This document shows positions 25,831 to 39,157 of a stretch of 64,000 nucleotides of DNA, piece by piece. This stretch comes from Octopus vulgaris. Lineage: Eukaryota. A model generated the notes under the pieces. The model worked only from the letters and a program-made list of their open reading frames with translations. It had not been told where the DNA came from and made no database searches. The DNA is taken from assembly GCA_951406725.2 (NCBI GenBank), contig OX597814.1, positions 162,688,001 through 162,752,000 of the forward strand, written 5' to 3'. Within the stretch, counting starts at the first letter, position 1, and each line of letters opens with the position of its first letter. The position numbers were made by a program, and so were the translations under genes.

Positions 25831-26002
25831 TGCCGGTCAAGTAGTGTGGAGCGACTGACCTCCCTTGTTCGAAGGTTATATGGATACAGTTTGTGTATCA
25901 AATAGCTAACTTAAGGCGATGGCCTCATGGAGCTAATAAGCGGACAGCTTTTTTCTTATTTTTATAAGAATGCCATATTAGTATGGCGATAACTATTATT
26001 TT

Positions 26003-26174
26003 TTTGATATATATATATATATATACATATATATACATGTATAGATACATATATACATTTATACAAATAAATATACATATATATATACATGTATATAAAT
26101 ATAAATACATATATATATATATATATAAATATATATACATATATAAATACATATACATACACATATATATATAT

Positions 26175-26239
<65 letters not shown>

Positions 26240-26576
26240 TATATGGATACAGGAGGAGAATCCCTTCGGTCATGAATGTATATATATATTTTTATGTATA
26301 TGTATATATGTAAATACGCACACATACATATATACACATATATACACATACATATACACACATATATACACTCCCATATATATATACATTCACATATATA
26401 TATATATATATACATATATACACACATATATACTCAAATATACACACATATACATACACATATATACATATATACATACATATATACACACATATATACA
26501 TGCATATATACACACAAATATATACATGCATATATACACATATATACATATATACACACACACACTCACACACACA

Positions 26577-26618
<42 letters not shown>

Positions 26619-27115
26619 CACGCACACACACACATATATATATATATATATACACAGATATATACACACATATATACACACATATATATACATATATATA
26701 TATATACACAGATATATACACACATATATACACACATATATATACATATATATATATATACATATATATACATACATATATATATATATATATATACATA
26801 CATACATATACATACATACATACATATATACATATATATACATACATATATATATATATATATACATACATACATACATATACATACATACATACATATA
26901 TACATACATACATACATATATATATACATACATACATATATATATATATACATACATACATACATATATATATATACATACATACATACATATATATATA
27001 TACATACATACATACATATATATATATACATACATATATATATATATATATACATACATACATATATATATATACATACATACATATATATATATATACA
27101 TACATATATATATAT

Positions 27116-27174
<59 letters not shown>

Positions 27175-27222
27175 CATATATATATATATATATATACATT
27201 ACATGACATGCATACATATACA

Positions 27223-27257
<35 letters not shown>
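26003..27257. repeat. Compound (TA)/(CA)/(TACA)n microsatellite array
   Basis: Read directly. Source of the spurious Y/I/T/H-rich ORFs. Confidence 0.95.
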
Positions 27258-29864
27258 GTTTGAAGTTTGAAGACTGCCTTATAAAAATAGAAGAAGTTCT
27301 AATCACATTAGAACAACACATAAGTGTACTTCTTATGGGAGACTTCAATCTACCCAGTGTCAGATGGCCCGAGGGCCTTTCTCTCCCAGGAATGACAAGA
27401 TGTGAACGAGGACAGGCGAGGTCCCCCCTGAACCTCATCAACAACCTGTACATAGAGCAAGTAATACCCCTACCAACCAGGGCAGGTAACACACTGGATC
27501 TCTGCTTCACAAATAATATGGATCTCATCCATAATGTGAAAGTGACACCGACACTACTCTCGGATCACAACATGGTAGAGCTGACCATGTACTGGCCAAA
27601 GGAAAGCATGGACATGCAGCCTACAAGAAACCCTCAGAATCTTTCCAGCTTGAACTTCCATAAGGCAAACTGGAAACAAATTGAGAAAGAGATCCTCAAA
27701 CAAAACTGGCCTGAATGTCTCTCCTCGCCAGACATCGACGTGAAACTTCAACAATTCATGTCTGTAATGCAAGCCATATGCTACAAATGTGTCCCAGAGA
27801 GAAAGGCCACTGTACACAAGAACAAAATCCCCAGAGAGAGGAAAATTTTAATTAGACGGCGTACAAAAATTTCAAATCGCCTAAACAAACAAATTGAAAG
27901 CAGTGAAAAGTCCCGCCTGAAAATAAAACTGTTGGAAATTGAAAAATGTCTGCAACTCTCCCATGAAAAGGAAAGAGCAGACAAAGAAGCCTGGGCTATA
28001 GACAACATAAAATCTAACCCCAGAGCTTTCTACAGGTATGCCAAAGAAACAGCTACGGTGCACTGTAGGATAGGGCCACTCCTTGAAAAGGATGGCACAC
28101 TCACAGGAAAACCAATGAGGGTAAGTAAAATACTGAATGAGCAATTCAAGAGTGTTTTCACTCCACCCCTTGGGCATTTCCAAATCACCAATCCAACTGA
28201 CTTCTTTACCACTGCAGATATAAAATCAGAGGCGGCGACGATAGATTACATCGATATAGAGAGGAAGACGATGTAATAAAGGCTATAGATCAAATGAAAA
28301 CAGACTCAGATACTGGCCCCGATGGATTCCCGGCAATCCTCCTAAAAGTATGTAAGAGAGTCCTAGCAAGACCACTGCAGTTCCTCTTTCAGAGCTTCCT
28401 TGCAGCTGGCAAACTTCCAAGAAAACTGAAGGAAGGTAAAATATGCCCTATTCATAAAGGAGGTAGCAGAGCGGAGGCCAAGAACTACAGACCTATCTCT
28501 CTGACCTCACACATCAGCAAGGTCATGGAACGAATAGTCAGAAGGAAACTGATCACCTTCCTTGAAGAAAAGGACTTAACTCAGCTCCTACAGCACTATG
28601 ACTGGGTGCTGAAACGACTGCTCAACCACTCAAATGTGGAAGTGATATATCTCGACTTTGCAAAGACCTTTGATAAAGTCGATCATGGAATGATATGTCA
28701 CAAACTGCGTGATCTTAGCATTATTGGAAAACTGGGAGAATGGCTTCATGACTTTCTGAAAGATAGAAGCCAGGTAGTAGGGGCCACTTCCATTAACACG
28801 CAAATAGTGAGCGGTGTTCCGCAGGGCATTGTTTTGGGATCACTACTGTTCATAATAGCCCTCTCAGACATGCCCTCAGCCACGCAGAGAGCCACGATCA
28901 CAAGTTATGCAGATGATACAAAAGTTTCACAAGCAATACAGAACCCTGAGGACACTAAACGCCTGCAATGTGAGCTGGGCTGAAAAGAATAGCATGCAGT
29001 TCAATGGTGAAAAGTTTCAAGCTTTATGCTATCAGCATGCAAAACTAAATGCAATACCCAATGAATACACTGGACCCGGAGGAATTGCAATCCCAGAGGC
29101 ACAATCAGTGCGAGACCTGGGTATTTACATGAGTGATGACGCAACCTTTCGTGTACATGTTGCTGAATTGGCAATGAAATGTAGACAACTGGCCGGATGG
29201 ATTCTGAGAACCTTTAGAACAAGAGAACAAGAAACCATGATGGTCTTCTGGAGGACACTTGTCCTAAGCCACTTTGACTATTGCTCTCAGCTATGGTCAC
29301 CATCCAGTGTCAAGTTGATCACAGAACTTGAGGCGATCCAACGTAGCTACACGAAGAAGATAGCCTCTGTGCAGAATATAAGCTACTGGGAAAGACTCAA
29401 GAGATTAAAACTCTATTCCTTGGAGCGTAGGCGAGAAAGATATGCCATAATATACATCTAGAAGATCCTGGAAGGACTTGTCTCAAACTTTGGCATCGAG
29501 AGTTACACAAATGCCAGAATTGGGCGCCACTGCGTGGTGCCAAGAACTCCAAATTTGCCATCAAGATGTAGGACAAGATACTGTGATAGCCTGGGCTTCG
29601 AGGCCCACAGCTCTTCAATATCCTCCCGAAGGACCTAAGAGACCTGCATTGGTTGGATGCAGATGTCTTTAAAATGAAACTGGATCTCTTCTTGTCAGGT
29701 ATCCCAGATGAACCAACTTCACGGCAGGAGGTGCAGATGAGAGCAGCTGCATCGAACTCTCTCATGCACCAAATGGCAGTTGCTAAAAAGCATTCGTGAA
29801 GTAAAACCATGTAGCAACACCAAATGGCGGTGCCCCAGCATGGCCACAGCTCGTGAGCTGAAAC
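27258..29864 (+). mobile_element. CR1-type LINE ORF2 (APE endonuclease C-terminus plus RT), frameshifted, with (CAAT)n tail
   Basis: Endonuclease motifs GDFNLP, TLDL and SDH. RT motifs GPDG, YRPISLTS, YLDFAKTFDKV, GVPQG and YADD. Split over ORFs 26276-28276, 28294-28983 and 28907-29461. Confidence 0.95.
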
Positions 29865-29867
29865 CAT

Positions 29868-29962
<95 letters not shown>

Positions 29963-29980
29963 TCATATATATACACATGT

Positions 29981-30290
29981 GGAGTCGCAATGGCCCAGTT
30001 GTTAGGACAGTAGACTCGCGTGTGTAGGATAGCGGTTTCCATTCCTAGACGGGACGCTGTGAGTACTTATTGAGTGAAAACATCTAAAAGATCCACGAGC
30101 TTCCGACAGGGGTGGTAGCGACCCCTACTGTACTGTTTCGCCACAACTTTCTCTCCCCCTTCCTTCTGCTGGCTTGCTCGCTTAGCAAGCAGGGTGGAGT
30201 CATTTGAAGGCTAAATCAATGCGAAGCGTATTGTGAGCAGCGATGTGTAGCAACAACTGATAGCCTGGTAGCCCCGGTGATTACAGTGAT
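29981..30290 (+). mobile_element. Family C-related SINE
   Basis: Head similar to the 22172 copy (GACTCGCG..GTAGGAT.GCGGTTTC.ATTCC.AGAC). Confidence 0.75.
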
Positions 30291-30301
30291 ATATACACAT
30301 A

Positions 30302-30343
<42 letters not shown>

Positions 30344-30910
30344 GATATACATATATATAAACATACATATATACATATATATACACACACATATACATAT
30401 ATATAAACATACATATATACATATATATACACACACATATACATATATATACACACACATATACATATATATACACATATATATACATATGTATATGCAC
30501 ACACACATATATATATACATATATATATGCACACACACACATATATATATACATATATATATGCACACACACATATATACATATATATATGCACACACAC
30601 ATATATACATATATATATGCACACACACATATATACATATATATATGCACACACACATATATATATATACATATATATATGCACACACACACATATATAT
30701 ATACATATATATATGCACACACACATATATATATACATATATATATGCACACACACATAGATACATATATATATGCACACACACATAGATACATATATAT
30801 ATGCACACACATAGATACATATATATATGCACACACACATAGATACATATATATATATGCACACACACATATATACATGTACATACACACATATATATAC
30901 ATATATATTC

Positions 30911-30951
<41 letters not shown>

Positions 30952-31379
30952 CATATATATATATATGCACATATATACACACACATATATATACATATAT
31001 ATATGTACTCATATACACACACATATATATACATTCATATATACATGTACACACATACACATGTATATATACATATATATATACACATACATACATATAT
31101 ACACACACACACATGAATACCTATACACATGTAGTTATACACATATATATATATATATACATATAGTCACACACATATATTTTCACATATATATATGTAT
31201 ATACACACCTATATACATATACTTATACATATATACATATATACATACAAACACATACATAGACTCACATATGCACACACATACACACTCACATGTGCAT
31301 ACACATACGCACACATACACATATACGTGTACATATATACATGTGTCTATATAGATATGTATTTTAATACATGTGAGTG

Positions 31380-31430
<51 letters not shown>
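30290..31430. repeat. Microsatellite array with a higher-order ~26-30-bp unit
   Basis: ATATATACATATATATATGCACACACAC-like units repeat through ~30480-30870. Confidence 0.9.
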
Positions 31431-31431
<1 letters not shown>

Positions 31432-32355
31432 AACGACAGACAGACTATTAGAAAGACAGTCAGAATCAGGCAGACTGATAGAGAGAGATATAGGTAGAGA
31501 GATAGACAGGTAGGGAGATAGACAGGTAGAGAGATAGACAGGTAGAGAGATAGATAAATAGAGTAAAAAATATATCTCGGTAGATTATCAAAAGACTCAA
31601 ATAATATAAATGTGAGCTTGGCCTTTTGAATTGTATGACCATCAAAATGTAGGAGTTTGAAAATATATTTTTCATTTCTATTGAAAACAGCTTTGATTCG
31701 AAATTTAACTGCAACAAAATGCCAATTATTTCTGGTTTTATTTTTTCGATCTTAGTTTCTGACTTTTGATAGCTCAACATTTTATCAAACCTTTTTCTGT
31801 GAAACGACAGGTTTTTTAAATAAAAATTTGATGTTTGAACATTTTGTTGAACATTTTTTCTGTAAAACTGGAAATGTTTTCCATTTAAGTTTCTTGCTTT
31901 TTAAGATTATCATATATCATTTAGATTATCATTCACGTACCATTGCCATCGTTAGCCCAATTTCTGGTTTACCTCCATACCACGTTGAGGTGATTGTTGG
32001 CTTGTATGGGAAAAATCCACCAATGATTTTTAATTTTTATTTTTTAATTATCAATGAGGCCTGTTATTTCATTTCAATGTTTTTCAAACAACAAAGCAAC
32101 AATGTACATCATTTGGAAGGAAAATTGGCATTATAAGAAGTGATTTTAGTATTACTAATAGTATTCCATTTGTCAGCATAATTTCTTACAATGCAAGTGT
32201 AATGCCCAAAACGGACTGTTTATAATGTATGCATAATAAAAGCTCTTAATTTGAAATTTGTACCAAAAATATTTTGTTTTCTTTTGGTATTTAAAATTCA
32301 TAATTTTAACATTAATTCCCCTGGCATTATTATTTTTAAAGAGCTCAACCCAACG

Positions 32356-32642
32356 TTTTGTTAGGTCAAGCGCGTTTGACCAATACATTTATTTTGTTGG
32401 GTCAAGCGCGTTTGACCAATACATTTATTTTGTTGGGTCAAGCGCGTTTGACCAATACATTCATTTTGTTGGGTCAAGCGCGTTTGACCAATACATTTAT
32501 TTTGTTGGGTCAAGCGCGTTTGACCAATACATTCATTTTGTTGGGTCAAGCGCGTTTGACCAATACATTCATTTTGTTGGGTCAAGCGCGTTTGACCAAT
32601 ACATTCATTTTGTTGGGTCAAGCGCGTTTGACCAATACATTA
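32356..32642. repeat. 36-bp hairpin-containing minisatellite x~8
   Basis: Unit TTGGGTCAAGCGCGTTTGACCAATACATT(T/C)ATTTTG, with starts from 32361 to 32613. Confidence 0.97.
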
Positions 32643-33408
32643 ATTTAACTTGAATATAATATACATGTGTTACATAAATATATATGTTATTTTGTACTTA
32701 AAAGATATCTGATTATTTAGCCCCAGACCAATCCTGAACTAGCAGACCTATGATCAAAGATGTTTTAGTTAGACTAGCCATTCTGGATTTCTGATACAGT
32801 ACATCTAGAAATACACCATCAAATGCGTCTTTTCTAAGAGACAGTCGGTAGTGATTTAAGGGCAGCCTGGTTGCTATTTCTAACAGGTTGAGCGACCACG
32901 TTGTCTCACGTAATAATACCTGTACCTCCCTCTGTTCACGCTATTCAGGTTACCCTTGAGCCCATTGAAAAAGAAGAAAAGTACCTATTTAATGAATTAT
33001 TGAGAATTTGGACATGGTGTTAAATTTAATCACCGGAAAGAAGAGACAAGACTTGACCAGCGAGAAGACATGACTCGGTTGGCGGTTTGACTTCTCTAAT
33101 GTTGTGAGGTAGAGAGGAATGGGCAGAGTAGATAAGAAAGAGTAGTAAGACATGTTCGGGAGATAGAAGAGGAAATGTGAGAAAGTTGCAACAGTAGGAG
33201 GAGGAAGGGCAATACAAACGAAAAGAGAGAGAGAGAGATGAAAAGACCGATATAGAGAGAGGGGAAGACTCATACATAGACAGGAAGATTGATAGAGAAT
33301 TGACGGAAGGGGAAGGAGAATAAGTTGAAAATATAGTAAACAAAGATAGAACGAGGAAGAATGAGAGAGAGAAAATCAAACAAGAGAGACAGAGGGACAG
33401 ACAGATAG

Positions 33409-33442
<34 letters not shown>

Positions 33443-33788
33443 AGATAGATAGAATGATAGATATTAGGAGGGAATGACTGATAGAAAGAAGAGGAGAATA
33501 AGTAGGAGAGAGAGAGTAAACAAACATAGAAAGAAGAGTGGGAGAGGATAAGTAAGAGTAAAATATAGAGCCTAGCGAATGGGATTATGAAGAAGTTTTT
33601 AGTAAATAATGTTAAAAAGACTTTATTTTCATATTAATTATTATGCTATAAAACTTATATGAAAATAAAGGGTATAATATAACGAATATTTTAACATAAA
33701 ATATATGCAATTTTAACCAAGTTTAAGAAATTAATGGAAATTGAAGAACTAAAAACAATATTTCTAATGCGTGGCGAAGTTTGAGCTG

Positions 33789-33822
33789 GACCCAACATTT
33801 TGTTGGGTCAAGCACGTTTAGT
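33789..33822 (+). mobile_element. Helitron/Helentron-like 3' terminal hairpin
   Basis: GACCCAACA-TTT-TGTTGGGTC, then AAGCACGTTTAGT. The same motif begins the 36-bp minisatellite at 32347. Confidence 0.5.
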
Positions 33823-36699
33823 ACTTGACCAATTTCTAATCAGGGTGAAATCAATTTATGTAAGGCTTTTCAGCAAGGCTTTTCATAAGAGGAAGCCATC
33901 TTGTTCTGAGCTGATGAAGATGTTGATCACGGTGTCATTTAAGAACAGTTTCAAGATTTATACTCACCTTTCTAGAAGCAGTTGCTGTTGTCATTGTTTA
34001 GCTAGATCAACTCTGACCGAGTGTTTCCATAGTAGGAGATATCCCATTTGTGGTTATCCGTTTTCTAGAGATGTGTTTAAGGCTGTCATTTCCTCACTGA
34101 AAAGTAAGGGTGGATTTGGAGAAAGTTCACTTGTTACGACATTTAAATACTTTTTACAATTACTCCGAAGCTCTATTCTGTTTTTTTCCCCCCTAATTCC
34201 TCTTCTCATATAAAGGAGGTAAATTTGAAATTAAAGTTATTAAAAATTCATGAAAGGAAATTTATTTTCCCGTATTTTTAGCAAATAAATCTATCGATGG
34301 AGTAATCTATCAAGAAAAAAAAAATCAATCTAATATAATATTCCATAATGTATTTTTAGAAATAGCAATGTTTAAAGTCAAATAGCAGAACGTTCTACTA
34401 GAAGAGTTTACTTCAGATTTGAAAATATTAATGCAGCTGGAAGAAATCTGAAGGATTGTCAAAATGTAGACATTGATCTGTACGTTTAGGTGATTAAATG
34501 AAAGATGCTCTCCAGCAAGAGTATGCCCTAATATTTTGCTATTTGTCTTTAAACGTGCAACACATTATAATGTAGTATGATAATGCTTAGTTTAGACACA
34601 AAGCCAGGAAGAGAGGAGAATAACCACAAATTTTATGACTTCGTGCAAGGCGTAAGAAACGGCTTTAATGAACTGATCTCAAAGTAATGAAATGAAATAA
34701 AGACAACAAAAAGATCAGCTGATAACACGAGCATTCCAAGAAACACTGGATTCATAGAATCGTTAGAACAACGTATAACATGCTTTGCAGCATTTAGGCC
34801 CCTTTAAGTCCTAAGCACTAGGATCAATTTTGCCTTACATCTTTCTGAGAGATGCAGTATTGCAATGTAGCAATGTTAGAAATCGATTGTGTGTTGGAGA
34901 GTAGACTGATGTACGCGATTGTCGTGGTTAGATAACGATTAAATAAAGCAGGCGAGACGAGGATGGCATACGAGGAACAGTTGGTTTCAGATGGAAACCG
35001 GTAACGAATATATTTGAATGATCTAGCAGCTTCCCTTGAAAACAGAGTGAATACTTAAGATATTCTAATGTGATTATGCTCACTACTAAAGAGTAAATAA
35101 TCTAGAATTAAAAGCTCAAATATTGGAAACTCAAGGCTGTAATTAAACTTTAGAATTGATAATCAAATTGGAAGAGAATGACTCTAGTAGAATGAACAAG
35201 GATTTCTTAGATCTTCGTTGCTTTGATATATAAATGTTAATAATGAAGTTATTAGTGAATGACAGGCAGGAAAGTATGCTTTGATGCTCTCTTAGAGCTG
35301 CAGAGTAATTAATGCCCTCTTTAAAGTGTAAGACAGCTTGTAGGTGTTAATAAGCCAGCAATCTGTTTAAAATAGCTGGATGGAACATAAGGGAATTTCT
35401 TAAAATTCGCTAATGTTCTAAAGGGGAGTTTGGTGGAGTTTGTTAAGGTATTTTAATAATGCTTTAAATATATATAACCAAATTGAAAGAAAAAAAAATC
35501 GTCTTATCACAATAAACAATCATCAGAAATATCAGTCTGCAATAATGAAACAATATCCTTGTACATGAGAATATGATAATGCTTGAAGATAAGCTAAGGA
35601 TTATTATAGATCAATATAAATTCAAAACTGCAATCTATTATTGTTTTTGATCTTTGCGCTATCTGGTCATTTTCAGTCATCTATTAGATAATACTTTTGT
35701 TTAAAATATGAGATGATACCAGAGATCAGAAAAAAAATTATTTATTGATCTTGTCTGATATTGATTAATATCGTGCTGCAACCGAAGCACTAAAGAAACA
35801 TTATGTCGGGGTAGTTACTTGGACCTTTTGCGACTGGCGTAAGTGTGACACGGTGCATATTGCTAAGAGGTTTCTACATTCACCCACTCTCATAGATACA
35901 GACATTATGTAGCAAAGCGTGAGATGAAACATATGTGCTTAATTGGCTGGACTGATGTACTCAATCAGTACGAGGTGATCGATTTCACAGAGGTAGTCGG
36001 TGATGTTGTCTTTCTATCTGGGATCGGATAATCGATCAGATTAAATGGATTCTAGTTCAATGTGGCAAAGTTGACATATTCGATTAAAAACGGATAATCG
36101 AGCCAGTAGATACATGCAGTGATAGAGTATTGTTGCTACTATGTGAATACATTTGACCAGTTGTTGATCAGATTGATTGATTGATTTTATTAAAATCTCT
36201 CTCATTAAATTCTATGTGGGGAACGATGAAGAATGAGTTCAAACCTCTTTTAACTACCAGAATTCTCAAGATAATATTAAATCAAATACTATTTGACATT
36301 TACCTGGAAGATTATATTAAATTAAAAAAGTTATAATTTGTGTGATTTCTAACAGAGGAAATAGCTGTCTTAGAAAATAATGAAAAGAAAAAAAAAACCG
36401 TATGTTATACCAGAGGAACAGATGATATAACTATTCATAACTGTCTTGAACGATGACTGATCTATTTGCAAAAGATATTAATTTCACAAGCACATTGTCA
36501 CACATTTGTAGTGAAATGACACTACGGTCTCTGTCACACAATCGTCTTGTATTAAATATTGATACAAGCCAATGAGAGTCCCTCTATGTTGTCACTCGGT
36601 CCATTAGAAATAATAACCAAATCTCCCTCAAATTACATGTACCGTTTTAAACAAATATTAAAAAGCACATTGGTTAATGATATTCCAGATACATACATT

Positions 36700-37150
36700 G
36701 TTGACTTGTGAAGATTGTCGAACAGCTGTTGTTGCGTGTAGGATGAATCTTACTAGTCCATTGTGAGGATCGCCTCACTTCCCGCCTTTCACAAGGTGGG
36801 GGTTAAACAATGTTCCTCTTTCTCGTGGCTGTAGCAAAAGAGTTTGTGTAGGGAACGAGGCTAAAAGAATTGAGGACAGATACCATTGCATTTGGTGAAA
36901 ATCTCATCGGCGTTTTTAAAGTTCGACTGAGAAAGCAAAGAGTGAAGTGTTCTGCTATAGTAAATTTTTCAAAAAGGGGTGGGTATCTATGGCAAAAATG
37001 GCCAGGCTAAATGGAATTATTCTAAGTATGTGCCTGCAGACTGGAAAATAGCGGTTGGACAAGGGCTTGTGTCCTTGGTGGGCAGTGTAATCTGTGGTGT
37101 ATCTTGATTGGCCTCAATTGGAGGCTTTCTCTATCGGGAGGACTGTATGA
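36700..37150 (+). mobile_element. L1/Tx1-type 3' remnant
   Basis: TGTTGCGTGTAGGA..TGTGA.GATCG..CCTG.AGACTGGA is shared with 11670-12285. Confidence 0.55.
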
Positions 37151-37279
37151 TTCATGTATTATTATGTATACTTTTTATTCTAGCTCTTACCTTCCCTTCC
37201 TTTTCCACTAATTTTTTATGTAATCCCTCCTCCACAAATTGTAAACTATCCTTGTAATGTCCCCTTTTCAGACGCACTT

Positions 37280-37506
37280 TTGACACATGGCTATGATGCT
37301 CCCCAACTACTTCTACTCGTGATCAAAAATGTACATATCATCAGCCATTAAGGGACATGCTCAACTGGTTATGGTCAAACAACTGACAAGCAAATCTGTG
37401 GTATTGAGCAGAATATTTGCTGTAACCCATCTTTTATACCAAGATAAAACAATGTACATGATAACACTTCCAATCAGTTAAGATCAGAAGCCATGAGAGC
37501 CACTGT
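37280..37506 (-). mobile_element. Family B repeat (partial)
   Basis: Reverse complement of 18412-18640. Confidence 0.85.
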
Positions 37507-37801
37507 CTTTATTATTATTATTATTATTCTATGTTTGACTTTTGCTTTATATTTGTACAAGTTGGCTCCAAGTCTCAACCAGAGACCTCAAGAGACAACA
37601 GGTTGGAAGTTCATGTTGTCGTTATGCCTAGTGTGCCATATATTTAGGGGGGCGGTTGGTGTTGTACTAATGAATGTCTAAAAAAAAAAAAAAAATTTTT
37701 TAAACCGAAAATTATGTTTGTTTTAAACCTTGAGATTACATAGAAAGTATTTCGCGTAGGATATGAGCAGTTCCCATGAGCACTATCTTTTGAATTTCTG
37801 C

Positions 37802-37880
<79 letters not shown>

Positions 37881-37882
<2 letters not shown>

Positions 37883-38101
37883 GGCGGCATGCTGGTAGAA
37901 TCGTTAACATACCGGGCAAAATTGTTTGCGGCATTTTGTACGTCTTCAAGTTCCGAGTTCAAATTCTGCCGGGGTCGACTTTGCCTTTCATGCTTTCGGG
38001 GTCAATAAATAATTTAAGTACCAGTGAAACACTGGGGTCGATGCACTCGACTAGTTCCCTCCCCTCAAATTTCAGGCTTTGAGCTTATAGTAGAAAGGAT
38101 G

Positions 38102-38142
<41 letters not shown>

Positions 38143-38350
38143 GGCAGTAAGTTGGCACAATCGTTAGAACGCCGGGAGAAGTGCTAAGCGGTACATAGAA
38201 CGTCGCTACGTTCTGAGTTCAAATTCCGCCGAGGATAACTTTGCTTTTCATCCTTTCACGGTCGACAAAAAAAGTATCAGTTGAACACTGGAGTCAATAT
38301 AAGTGATTCATCTCCTCCCGCCAAATTACTGGCAAAATGTGAAACCACTA
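37881..38350 (+). mobile_element. Two family A SINEs separated by (ATT)n
   Basis: Family head and core motifs, with (ATT)n runs at 37803-37880 and 38100-38140. Confidence 0.85.
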
Positions 38351-38361
38351 TTATTTTCTCT

Positions 38362-39157
38362 TTATCATAGGTTTTGTTGGAGCTCCTGGAGTCTTGCATG
38401 CGTAGCGGGCTTACTACCTGCAGTCTACAGTACCATACTATTCGTTCTTTTCAGCTATCTAATACCTTCCTGATTATTCTGGTCGTGCCAAGGAGGCACA
38501 GCTTCTGTAACAGTTCTACTGGGCACTCTAGTCCAATTTCTTTCATATTTCTCTTGATGCCTTCTGATACTGTTCCCAAGGACCCAACAATAATTAGCAC
38601 TATTTTCACCTTCTTCATTTTCCATAGCCGGGCTATTTCGTACTTAAGAGGGTTGTATCTATCTATCTATCTATCTGTCTGTCTGTCTTTTCACCTTTCT
38701 TCTTGACTATTCGTGGGTCAAAGGGGCATGCAACGTCAACTATATAGCATATGTGGTGCACCTTGTTCACCACCACTACGTCTGTTATGCTCTAGCACCT
38801 GATTTGTTTAGATTTGGAAATCCCAGAGGATTTTGCTAGTCTCCAATTCCTGCCGCTCTCTGCAGTTTGTGCTCGTACCACGTCTTGCCTCTCTGTAGCC
38901 CCCACTTTTCGAACAGTTTCCAATGCAGCACTTTCGCTATCTGGCCGTATCGCCACAACTTGTAGTGGTTTTTGGCAAGCCAAGGGCATTCGTTCGTGAT
39001 AAGGGCAATGGTTTCATCTACTCTATTGCAGATGCAGCACAGCGGAAGCACTTGCTCATTCCTCAGGCTGACCCTCCAGTTCGTGGCCAGAGCTTGGTCC
39101 TGCGCTGTTAGTGTAGTGCTCTCGGCCTCAGAGTTCATTCCATTAGCCAATCCCACC
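38362..39157 (-). mobile_element. R4/Dong-type non-LTR retrotransposon 3' part (CCHC plus restriction-like endonuclease)
   Basis: AQDQALATNW..CCIC..ETI....CP.LA..HY...Y.QIAKVLHWKL..WYEH, then ILWDFQI and YEIARLW..IIVGSLG. Sits among TAA/ATT repeats. Confidence 0.85.

Larger units (their letters stand above)
24991..26002. mobile_element. Retrozyme/Penelope pLTR-like element: 362-bp tandem unit in head-to-head palindromic arrangement
   Basis: Unit restarts at 24991/25353 and at 25506/25868 (period 362). Inversion centred on TTCGAA 25506-25511. One hammerhead per arm, with (TA)n on both sides. Confidence 0.85.

Noticed and set aside
25983-27270. Long ORFs (407 aa, 319 aa, N-terminal half of the 666 aa ORF)
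   Set aside because: These are translations of stop-free TA/CA microsatellite. Only the part after ~27258 is LINE ORF2.
30211-31497. Multiple 100-277 aa Y/I/C/V/H-rich ORFs
   Set aside because: Microsatellite artefacts. The same applies to the ORFs near 4155, 9231, 23452, 48461, 53101 and 60682.
32356-32642. CRISPR-like array of palindromic 36-bp repeats, and the repetitive ORFs over it
   Set aside because: There are no unique spacers, the context is eukaryotic and no cas genes are present. It is a minisatellite.
34300-36500. Possible very old LINE coding remnant (also 12350-14350 and 55300-56200)
   Set aside because: Too degraded to assign motifs confidently by eye.
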